This document shows positions 23,560-33,935 of a DNA stretch of 64,000 nucleotides, piece after piece. A program made the translations under genes and the position numbers. How positions within the stretch are numbered: the first letter of the stretch is position 1; the number at the start of each line of letters is the position of its first letter. Origin of the DNA: Octopus bimaculoides (lineage: Eukaryota); NCBI RefSeq assembly GCF_001194135.2, contig NC_069004.1:21001485-21065484 (forward strand), given 5' to 3'. The notes under the pieces are model-generated. The model was not told the DNA's origin, did no database searches, and saw only the letters and a program-made list of their open reading frames with translations.

Positions 23560-24380
23560 TCCTTGCAACTGAAACTAATCCTGAACAAGATAAAAAGAAA
23601 AATGTATACCCCTGCTTACAAATGGATGAAAGTGATTTAAATGTTCCTTCATTCCAAATAACAGTACAACAGGCTCTTCAGGATATATCAGGAGAAATTC
23701 TCTCAATTGAAAAAAGGCAAAAGCTATGGCATTATCCTCTGTACCTTCAAAACCATAAATGCAGCCAAACCACAAACTGAAATTGTAAGGCATATATCTA
23801 ACTATACATTTGCGCTCCAGCACATGAGTCAAAGAAATACAAGAGCAACAATTAGAGACATCAGAAATGACACCAATCCATAGCTAGTCATCAATTTTGT
23901 ATCGGAGAATGGACGAGTGGTCAAGGCAGGGTTAACAAAAGTTGACTTGTGGTTAGGGAACATCCAAATGGATTTTACTAGTTTTAATGACATGTGAAGG
24001 CCACAGAGGCATGCTAAGTGTACCTAAAAGATGATGCTGAGACAAAAAGTACAAAATTAATGGTACAAGGCAGAAAGCACAATTGCTACAATTGTTAAAG
24101 TAAAACACACTTTAGAGCCAAATCTGCAGAAGAGCTGGGAAAATTAAGCAAAAACAAAAATAATGGAGATCAACAGCAACAACAGCAAATCCATTTCCAG
24201 AGCACCACCAACCAAAATTCTAAGGGTGGCAAGTGAAGTACTTTTCAGCCTAGTGTCAGAAATAGATGAGCAAACACCTCATCTCATAGCAGTACCAACC
24301 TGTAGTACCACACTTTCGTCATGCAATGTGGAAGACGAATTACAAATGAAAATTACCAAAATTGTAAATAAAAAATACAG
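23560..24380 (+). pseudogene. Degenerate gag/ORF1-like retroelement protein with a CCHC knuckle
   Basis: Frameshifted reading ...YGIILCTFKTINAAK...RATIRDIRNDTNP*LVINFVSENGRVV...; CYNC*SKTHFRAKS at 24084-24125 fits C-x2-C-x4-H-x4-C with the last Cys changed TGT>TCT. Confidence 0.45.
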
Positions 24381-24384
24381 GCAC

Positions 24385-24570
24385 AGGCGTGGCTGTGTGG
24401 TGAGAAGCATGCTTCCCAACCACATGGTTCCAGGTTCAGTCCCACCATGAAGCACCTTGGGCAAGTGTCTTCTACTATAGCCTTGGTCTGACCAAAGCCT
24501 TGTGAGTGGATTTAGTAGACGGAAACTAAAAGAAGCCTGTCGTATATATATATGTATATATATCTATATA
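24385..24570 (+). mobile_element. SINE family A head/body
   Basis: caggcgtggctgtgtggtgagaagc...ggttcagtccc...gggcaagtgtcttctactatagcc...ggaaactaaaagaagcctgtcg then (TA)n. Confidence 0.85.
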
Positions 24571-26328
24571 TCATCATCATCATCGTTTAATGTCCGCTTT
24601 CCATGCTAGCATGGGTTGGACGATTTGACTGAGGACTGGCGTACCAGATAGCTACACCAGGCTCCAATCTGATTTGGCAGAGTTTCTACAGCTGGATGCC
24701 CTTCCTAATGTCAACCACTCCGAGAGTGTAGTGGGTGCTTTTACATGCCACCGACACGACGGCCAGTCAGGCGGTACTGGTAATGGCCACGCTCAAAATG
24801 GTGTATTTTACGTGCCACCTGCACAGGAGCCAGTCCAGCTGCACTGATAATGACCTCGCTTGAATGTCTTTTCACGTGCCAGTACAGCGACGCTGGTAAC
24901 AATCACGCCCAAAAGGTGCTATTTACGTGCCACTGGCACGGAAGCCAGACAGCTGCTCTGGCAACGATCACGCTCAGATGGTACTCTAAGCACTCCACAG
25001 GTACAGGTGCCATTACAATTTCGCTTTCACTTGCCCCAACAGGTCTTTGCAAGCCAAGTTTAGTGTCCAATGAAGAAGAGGTTGGCATGGGTGCCAGTCG
25101 TCGAATTTGGTTCGATTTCGATTCCACTTGTCTCAACAGGTCTTTGCAAGCAGAGTTTAGTGTCCAATGAAGGAAAGGAACACATAAGTGGGCTGGTTAC
25201 TCCCCTGGCAGAGGCCTCGGATTATGGTCTCACTTGGCTTGCCAGGTCTTCTCAGGCACAGCATGTTTCCAAAGGGCTCGGTCAGAAGTCATTGCCTCGG
25301 TGCGGCCTAATGTTTGAAGGTTGTGCTTTATCACCTCATCGCAGGTCTTCCTGGGTCTACCTCTTCCACGGGTTCCCTCAACCACTAGGGTGTGGCACTT
25401 TTGCACACAGCTATCCTCATCCATTCTTGCCACATGACCATACCAGCGCAATCGTCTCTCTTGCACACCGCAACTGATGCTTCTTAAGTTCAACTTTTCT
25501 CTCAAGGTAGTTACACTCTGTTGAGTATGCACACTGACATTGCACATGCATCGGAGCATACTAGCTTCATTCCTTGCGAGCTTACACATGTCCTCAGCAG
25601 TCATGGCCCATGTTTCACTGCCATGTAGCATGGCTGTTCATACACATGCATCATACAGTCTGCCTTTTACTCTGAGTGAGAGGCCCTTTGTCACCAGCAG
25701 NNNNNNNNNNNNNNNNNNNNNNNNNNNNNNNNNNNNNNNNNNNNNNNNNNNNNNNNNNNNNNNNNNNNNNNNNNNNNNNNNNNNNNNNNNNNNNNNNNNN
25801 NNNNNNNNNNNNNNNNNNNNNNNNNNNNNNNNNNNNNNNNNNNNNNNNNNNNNNNNNNNNNNNNNNNNNNNNNNNNNNNNNNNNNNNNNNNNNNNNNNNN
25901 NNNNNNNNNNNNNNNNNNNNNNNNNNNNNNNNNNNNNNNNNNNNNNNNNNNNNNNNNNNNNNNNNNNNNNNNNNNNNNNNNNNNNNNNNNNNNNNNNNNN
26001 NNNNNNNNNNNGGTCATCAGCATAGAGGAGCTCCCAGGGGCATCCTGTCTTGAATTCCTCTGTTATTGCCTGGAGGACTATGATAAATAGGAGGGGGCTG
26101 AAGACTGAACCTTGGTGGACCCCTACCTCTACCCGGAATTCTTCACTGTACTCATTGCCAACCCTCACCTTACTGACAGCGTCTCTGTACATGGTTCTCA
26201 CAGCTCTCACTAACCATTCTTCTATCCCTAGTTTCCTCATTGACTACCAGATAAGGGATCGGCGGACCATGTCAAAGGCTTTCTCCATGTCAACGAAAGC
26301 CAGGTACAGATGTTTATCTTTGGCTAGG
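24571..26328 (-). mobile_element. 5'-truncated RTE LINE (RT C-terminal half + long 3' UTR)
   Basis: EVGVHQGSVFSPLLF, ELLYADD, KGRLYDACV, MLHGSETW, RRLRWYGHVARM, GRGRPRKT; (GAT)n tail; N gap at 25701-26011. Confidence 0.92.
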
Positions 26329-27037
26329 TGAATATGATGGGTTTAGTTCACTTGTGATCTAAATGGATAGGTATGCTGGGTGAGTGCTATAGTTGGTCAA
26401 CCGTTAGGTTCCAAGATCACAACTAAGGCTGGATCTAGGGATCCGTGTTAGGGTTCCGTTATAGAAGGTATCTATACTATAATGAAGAAAGCTGCTTATT
26501 AATTAAGTATGTAACAATTACCAAAAGTATTAAAAGAAAGCAATTATCAAAGGGTTGACCATCTGGAAATATTTTTATAAATTCATGTTCTAAGAAATTT
26601 CCTATAATTTTGATTTCTTAGGTTTATTGAATTTTTTTAACTCCAATTTGTTGCAAATTTAATTATTCATTGCATCCAATTCATCACAAATTTAAATATT
26701 CATTGCATTCACTGCAGAGTATTCCATTTTCATTTGTAAAGTCTCTCATTTTCTCTTTTAAGTTTGAATTCGTTATTAATGTATATGTAATGTAAAAACA
26801 TTATTTATTGGATGAAAATCCTTTTAAAATACCTGTAAGAAGAGAGCCTAGAAAGTTGGGTAACTATTGTCAGAAGACGAGGAGAAAAAAAGCAAAAAGT
26901 CACCAACAAGTACTTGAAACATGCACCTTATTCAGTTTCCAAACACAATTTCAACAGTGACACACACACACACACACACACAATACACACTCATGCACAC
27001 ACATAGATACACATATACACAAATGAAAGGCAATGAA

Positions 27038-27070
<33 letters not shown>

Positions 27071-28579
27071 ACTGACAAAACTACGTGCTGCATCACTTTT
27101 GTGAAGTTTTGTCAGCGAACAGGTCGCTGTTTCAAAGCGACAAAAATATTTTGACACAAATGAAATTTTAATGTTGAAGTGAAACTAACAGTATTTGTGT
27201 ATTCTTGAATGGTTTACAAACATCTTCCATGCTGCAATTGTTTTTGTTTCAGCACATGATCTCAGATCAAGTCACTTGCTATGCAAGTACATCTCAGTAA
27301 TTTTTTTAAATCACTGTGAATAAACGCCAGCAATGGCCTTCTCAGGCTCTCCAATATTTATAATTTCTAAACAGAAACAATTGCGAGCTGGGAGTAGGGT
27401 TGTAAAAAATTCATAATTTCTCAAATTTCCTTTTATATAGCATATAAATATATTTATGGGGAAAAAATATTGACAAACATCAATACAAGCGAGAGTGATA
27501 AAGGAATGAGGAGGGTTGTCATTGGATATGCTAGAAACAATAGCCAAATCGCCCTTAAATCATTTTTCCCTCTGAAAATATTAACAATTAAAAAAAAAAA
27601 AATTACTGGAAATGCATGGTTTTGAAGTGCAAAAAAACATTGGCCAAAATAGGTCCGGAGTGTGATGATGAGGAAGGTGGGGTGTAAAAAAAGAGTTTTC
27701 AAAACGTTTTTCATATAAAGAAGCCCCTGCCACAAGCCCATCATTTTGTAGGCTGTGGTTTAAAAAAATGGGGAAAATCCAGGGAAAAAATTTCCCCAGA
27801 AATTTCTTTATAATCATAATCTATGCTGTTTGAAAGGGATTTGTATAAATTTTCATTGAAAGATACCCATTTTCCTGAAAGTTATGAGGAGAAAAAGTCA
27901 GATTGTGTGAATTTTCTGAAACTCCTCTCTCCACCCCATCGCAAAAATTATTCCCCATAAATCCCTATATACTCTGAAGCCACAAAATCTAAGCAGTATT
28001 TGTAGAAAATTTTGTTAAAAAGTATCCATTTTTCTGGATGTTATGAGGCAACATTGTTGGGGGCATATACATCTGTAGTAATGCCTTTTATTTGTACGAT
28101 TTTTTTAATTTCATGTTTATTTCATTCATTGTTTGCAATGTTCTCTCTCACACACACTGCAAAGCTTACAGATGGATTGCTGAATTTTAATCTCTATGTG
28201 GACGTTAAACGATGATGATGATGATGATGATGATGTTGTTTTGAGGTACAACTTGACAAATTGCTTCTCTCTCTGTTGTTGGACTACTATGGTGTTTGTT
28301 TCAAAAAGAGAGATTATGACTGTCATAAAATAATGAAAGCAATACTTACTAAGCAAGTGAGCAGTGAGCACTATTATACATAGAAATGATTAGATGTGAA
28401 ATATAAAAATTATTAGAACTGGGAATCAAATGTGAATATATTATCAAGGGTCTAGCATAAAACCGCCCAGAGGGCAGTCTTTCTGCTAGTATATTATATT
28501 AGAGGAAAAATCAAAACCAAGACAGAATGAGTATCTCAAGTCATTTAGAATAATTTAATTAGGGTAAGGTGAATTTGAA

Positions 28580-28655
28580 GTCTTACAGCCGTTTCTGGAA
28601 TAACCCAAGTGGTAAGTTAGCATGTCCATTCACTGGGTGTTCCGTCATCAGAGAC
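28580..28655 (-). ncRNA. Putative minimal type I hammerhead ribozyme
   Basis: Minus RNA: GUCU CUGAUGA CGGAACACCCAGUG-loop-CACUUGGGUUAUUCCA GAAAC GGCU GUA AGAC. Conserved CUGAUGA and GAAA; stem I GUCU/AGAC; stem II; stem III AC/GU; GUA cleavage triplet; C-A mismatch at the base of stem II. Confidence 0.6.
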
Positions 28656-28959
28656 GAGGTATGAATATTTTAGACAGGGAAAAATTTTCAGTTTACAAAA
28701 AATAAAGAGTAAAAGTAGCTAAAAGAATATAGCAGAAGAATTTTCACAACTCATCTTTTTGCAAAGGATATGGAAGTTGGTTGGCACATCCAGTCAGTAT
28801 TTTGAATGATGTATTCATAATGTAAATGTGTATATAGAGCAAGAAAGTATGAGGGATATAAATGGGTTTTGTGAGTGGGTGTATAAGAGAGAGAGAGAGA
28901 AGAGAAAGAGAGACAGGAGAAAGGAATAAAAAATACATATATGCACATAAACATACATA

Positions 28960-29193
28960 AAAGGCGGCGAGCTGGCAGAAACGTTAGCACGCCAGGCGAA
29001 AGCCTTAGCGGTATTTCGTCTGCCGCTACGTTCTGAGTTCAAATTCTGCCGAGGTGGACTTTGCCTTTCATCCTTTCGGGGTCGATTAAATAAGTACCAG
29101 TTACGCACTGGGGTCGATATAATTGACTTAATCTGTTTGTCTGTCTTTGTTTGTCCCCTCTGTGTGTAGCTCCTTGTGGGTAGTAAAGAAATA
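28960..29193 (+). mobile_element. Young full-length SINE family B with 17-bp TSD
   Basis: ggcggcgagctggcagaaacgttagc...gagttcaaattctgcc...ctttgcctttcatcctttcggggtcgat...; TSD gcacataaacatacata at 28943-28959 and 29194-29210; CpGs intact. Confidence 0.9.
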
Positions 29194-30225
29194 GCACATA
29201 AACATACATATAAAGCACACACATATACATACATTTGTATGTATGTGTGTGCTTTATATGAAACCTCATGTGTGTATATGTAAGTATGTATATATGTGTA
29301 TGTATATGTATGCATATATGTGTGTGTGTACACTCTCTTCTTTTTTTCCCTACCTCTCTCTCTCAACATAAATATCTTAGAAACTTGCTGATTTCAACTA
29401 AATAACTTTTGTTTTTGTAGTTTTTTAGATTTTAGTGTTCTTAGTTTGTAATTTTAAATTTAGGCTTTAATTTCTGATTTTGAGATTTAATTTTAATTCT
29501 TAATCCTTTATCTCATATCATCTAATTGCTATTAAGCTTGAAATACAATTTTAAATATCTACACTAAACTATTGTCCTTATAATCTTACCTAGATTGGCT
29601 TACTGAAACTTTAGCGTTTGACCTCTAACCCCAATACAATACTGACATATCTTCATTACCTTTACTTTTATTTATTATTCTTATTCTTATTTTTTTTACC
29701 CTGTTACCTGTAATTTTATTTTTATTCCCTTTCTCTTCTGTTTCTCCTCTCTCCCATACTCACTCACTCACAAAACCCATTTATTATATATCTATCATTA
29801 CCTTTACTTTTATTTTAATCATTTTTATTATTATCATTTATATTTTTATTTCATTCTTATTTTTTACCCTTTTACCACTATCTTATTTTTATTCCTTTCT
29901 CCTTCCTCTTTCTCCCCTCTCTCTCTCAAAAAATCCATTTATGTCCATCATACTTTCTCACTCTATATACACATTTACAATATGAATACATCATTCAAAA
30001 TACTGCCTGAATTTACCTGGGATTTTAAGTAAAGACCTGTACCTTCATGGAAGTACTGACCAACATCCATATCCTCTGGAAAAAGATGAGTTGTGAACAT
30101 TCTTCTCCTGCCTATATTCTTCTAAATTACTTTTACTCCTTATTCTTTTATTTTATTTCTTATAAACTGTTAATTTTATTCCTTGTAAACTGTAAACTTT
30201 TCCCTGTCTAAAATATTCATACCTT

Positions 30226-30301
30226 GTCTCAGATGACGGAATACCCAGTGCACGGGCATGCTAACCTACCACTTGTGTTACCCCAGAAATGGCTGTAAGA
30301 C
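30226..30301 (+). ncRNA. Degenerate second copy of the hammerhead motif
   Basis: gtct CAGATGA cgga...cccca GAAAT ggct gta agac; core mutated (U4>A, C15.2>U), so probably inactive. Confidence 0.45.
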
Positions 30302-30387
30302 TTCAAATTCACCTTACCCTAATTAAAATTATTCTAAATGACATGAGATACTTGTTCTGCCTTGGTTTTGATTTTTCCTCTAATATA

Positions 30388-30390
<3 letters not shown>

Positions 30391-30448
<58 letters not shown>

Positions 30449-30880
30449 TGTGTGTCTATGTTTGTCCCTCCACTATTGCTTGACAACAAATGTTGGCATG
30501 TTTACATCTTCATAACTTAGTGGTTCAGCAAAAGAGACTGATAGAATAAGTACTAGGCTTACAAGGAATAAGTCCTGGGGTTGATTTGTTTGACTAAAGG
30601 TGGTGCTCCAACATGGCTGCAGTTAAATGACTAAAAAAAAAATATGTGAGTGTGTTTGTATGTCTTTGTGTCTGTTTGTCCCCCACCTTTTCACTGCTTG
30701 ATAATCGGTGTTGGTGTGTTTATGTCCCTGTAACATAGCAGTTTGGCAAAACGGACCGATAGAATAAGTACTAGGCTTAAAAAAAAAGAAGTCAAGGGGT
30801 CGATTTGTTTGACTAAAATCCTTCAAAGCATTGCTCCAGCATGGCCATAGTCAATTGACTGAAACAAATAAAAGAATAAA
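30391..30880 (+). mobile_element. Two tandem SINE family A tails after a (TA)n tract
   Basis: gtttgtcccc...cttgacaac...gatagaataagtactaggctta...gtcaaatgactgaaac occurs twice (30460-30630, 30670-30870). Confidence 0.8.
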
Positions 30881-31559
30881 AGAAGAGAAAAATCACACAA
30901 AAAAAAAGAAAACTTAGCATAAAACAATGAAAACAGACAAGAAGGAAGCATTTCTTCTAAATGACAATGAAATCTCACTTCTGGAAAATAAAGGAGAAAA
31001 TGAAAAGATTAAAGATGTATTAAGATTCACCATTCTTCAAAAATCAAGCTAAACTGATTACTTTAACAAAAAAAGGACACATTAAAAAAATGTAGACTGA
31101 AGTGGACGTTTGAAACAAAATAAAAAGACAAGATGCTTTTCATCTTTGGTCTGCCAGAACATAGATGACCTGGGCTAAATAAAAATAACATAAATATCTG
31201 CATTAGGTTTGAACCCCCAACAACTATGTTATCCTCACAGCCATTCCACCACATGCTAAGTATGCTATCTACTGGGAGTATTTGTGAATCTATTTATACT
31301 TAGCTTTGTAGGTGTTAAACCTCCTATCATGCTTGCCAAAATGGCTTGTCATTTAATTACACCTGGTGGGATACATCTCTATTTACAGCATAAACTGGGT
31401 TTAATATATCAAAGAAAGCTTTATTCAATAACAGATGCTCACATATACATACATATGCACATGCATATACACACATATATTTATATCATTTTACACACAC
31501 ATTCACATGCACACATAACATTATTATCATTTTTATGCCTGTTATTTCCATGTAGGACA

Positions 31560-33890
31560 TTGGTTTAAAAGTACTTTTTGAGACAGTTTTTTATAGCCAG
31601 ATATGCTGATGACCTAGTTTACATGGCAGAATTTATAGTGGAATTAGAGAGGAATCAAGAGATCACAAGGCAAACTTAGCAAAAATTATGGTTTTGGTAA
31701 GTAGGAAAGAAATCAGGATCCTGGTGTCTTCAGGGAAACAGCCTTGCTCAACAGACAGAAAAGGTGTAGGTATAAATTTTATATGCTGAACTCAGTGTAA
31801 GCTACGGACACACAAGTGATATTGTGGAATTACATAAAGACAAGCAGAGGAAATAAGCTTCCTATGTGACAAACACACTTGAATAATACATATGAGAATA
31901 CCAGACATAGATTCTTTCAAATGCCAAAGTGGCTTACTAGAAGTAGTCAAAAATGTTTGTTTGCTAGGAGTAAGGTAGGCAGTAAGGCAGGGGTTGGACA
32001 AAATAATGGAAACACCTTAAAATTTCAAACAAATTTAATTTAATATGGGCTAGGACCACCTTTGGTAGTAATTATAGCTTGAATTCTACGAGGTGTGGAC
32101 TCATACAAAGTTTGAATTGTTTCCAAAGGAATTTTTGTCCATTCTTCAGCTAAAACAGTCTCCAGTTCTTGTAGTGATGATGGTGGAGGATATAAACTCC
32201 TTACTTGTTTTTCCAAAATGCACCATTTCAATAATATTGAGATCTGGGGACTGTGGTGGCCAGATAAAATGTTCAACTTCACTAGAATGTTCCTTGTGCC
32301 ATTCAATAACTTTAGCTGGTGCATTATCATCCTGAAAGATAGCATTTCCCTCTGGAAACAGTTCCGCAAACATAGGATGAATTTGATCAGATAAAATGCT
32401 TAAATAGTCTTGACAATTAATTTTGCCATGAACAGAAACCATTGGGCTGGCGGATTTCCAAGATACAGCCCATCAGATCATTACAGATCCTCTTCCATGT
32501 TTAACAGTTGGAAGAAGGCAGTCTGGGTCAAATGCTTCTTTTGGCTGTCTTCACATGTACATTCAGCCAGTGGTCAGAAATAAGGTAAAGGATGACTCAT
32601 CCGAGAAAATAACATTCTTCCACTGCTCTAGGGACCAATTCTGTAGGTCTTTACTCCATTCTAAATGCTTTGCAACATTTGTTTTTGAAAGTAGTGGTTT
32701 TCTGATTGCAGCCCTCCCGTGAAATCCGGCTTTGTGCAGCTCCCGGTGAACAGTTTTTGTGGAAACTGAGTTCTCGAGGTGGTCATTAAGCTCTGCAATA
32801 ATTTTGGGAGCTGTACTTTTGTGATACTTTCTAACAATTTGCATAAGAGTACAACGGTCCCTATCTGAAAGTTTTGGCTTTCTTCCAGAGTTTTGTTTTG
32901 ACGAGGAGGTTTTTCACTCTTTCTCAAAGGCTGTCATAACTTTTGAGACCGTACTTCTTGATACACAAAACATTTCGGTTGTTTTCATTATGCTAGCGCC
33001 TACCATATGAGAACCAGGAATTTGACCTCTTTGAAAGTCTGATAGATCTGTCATTTTAATGAATTTTAATTTTTCTGATGATATATGAAAAAAAACAGCA
33101 ATTCTAGCAAAACATATTAAGCAACACTAATAATAAATCAAAAAACATAAAAATAGACAAGCTTTTGATGGTTTTATAGATATTTCAAAATTATGATGCT
33201 ATGGTGTTTCCATTATTTTGTCCAACTCCTGTAGTAGTTAAAGTAAGGAAAGGTTGGAAGAAGTTCAGAAAGTTACTGCTGCTGCTGGCAACAAAGGTCT
33301 TTTCCTTTAGTGTGAAGGGTAGATTGTATGACACTTATGTTAGTACTGTGATGCAGTATGGGAGTGAGATATGAGCCCTGAAACCTGAAGATTATAAAGA
33401 ATAGAAAGAAATGAAGCTGATATTTCCAAAGGATGTTNNNNNNNNNNNNNNNNNNNNNNNNNNNNNNNNNNNNNNNNNNNNNNNNNNNNNNNNNNNNNNN
33501 NNNNNNNNNNNNNNNNNNNNNNNNNNNNNNNNNNNNNNNNNNNNNNNNNNNNNNNNNNNNNNNNNNNNNNNNNNNNNNNNNNNNNNNNNNNNNNNNNNNN
33601 NNNNNNNNNNNNNNNNNNNNNNNNNNNNNNNNNNNNNNCAGAAAAAAACTGAGTCTAAAAGGAATCAGGTGTAGTGTGCATCTGGTATGGGCAGGTGATG
33701 TGTATGGCAGATAACAGCTGCATACAAAGGAAATGAGTACTTCAAGAGAACAGAACCGGAAGACAGGGGAGACTAAGGAAAAGTTGGGATGATGTGGTGA
33801 AGGCTAACCAGTAGATGCTATATTTTATGGAGGAGACACAAAGGACCAGATTGACTGGCAATATGCACCCTGCAGAAGACCCATCCACTC
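31560..33890 (+). mobile_element. Old RTE LINE RT remnant interrupted by a Tc1
   Basis: RYADDLV (31600), SSGKQPCSTDRKGVG...CKLRTHK (PHD remnant); resumes after the Tc1 as RKGWKKFRKLL...KGRLYDTYV...YGSE; ...GRLRKSWDDVVK after the N gap. Confidence 0.65.
31988..33231 (-). mobile_element. Near-full-length Tc1 (DD34E) transposon, disabled
   Basis: TIRs caggggttggacaaaataatggaaacacc / ggtgtttccattattttgtccaactcctg(TA); ATG at 33054 MTDLSDFQRGQI..., RKPLLSK, VIFSDES, IFQDDNAP, WPPQSPDLNIIE; several stops and frameshifts. Confidence 0.93.
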
Positions 33891-33935
33891 ATGGAAAAAT
33901 AATCCCAAATTTGGTGTTGTGATTACGCTGTAACA

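Larger units (their letters stand above)
28492..30390. mobile_element. Non-coding inverted-repeat element, probably Penelope pseudo-LTR derived, carrying hammerhead motifs
   Basis: Arms ~28492-28935 and ~29885-30390 are diverged reverse complements, with a partial tandem copy at ~29700-29780; hammerhead core in each arm; the PLE assignment is inferred from the architecture. Confidence 0.7.

Noticed and set aside
27440-27970. Possible MITE with tttatggggaa / ttccccataaa inverted ends
   Set aside because: Only about 11 bp of inverted match in AT-rich DNA; boundaries and TSD cannot be supported.
28452-28490. Hairpin followed by CTAGT, resembling a Helitron 3' terminus
   Set aside because: Too short, and no matching 5' TC end or Helitron body is identifiable upstream.
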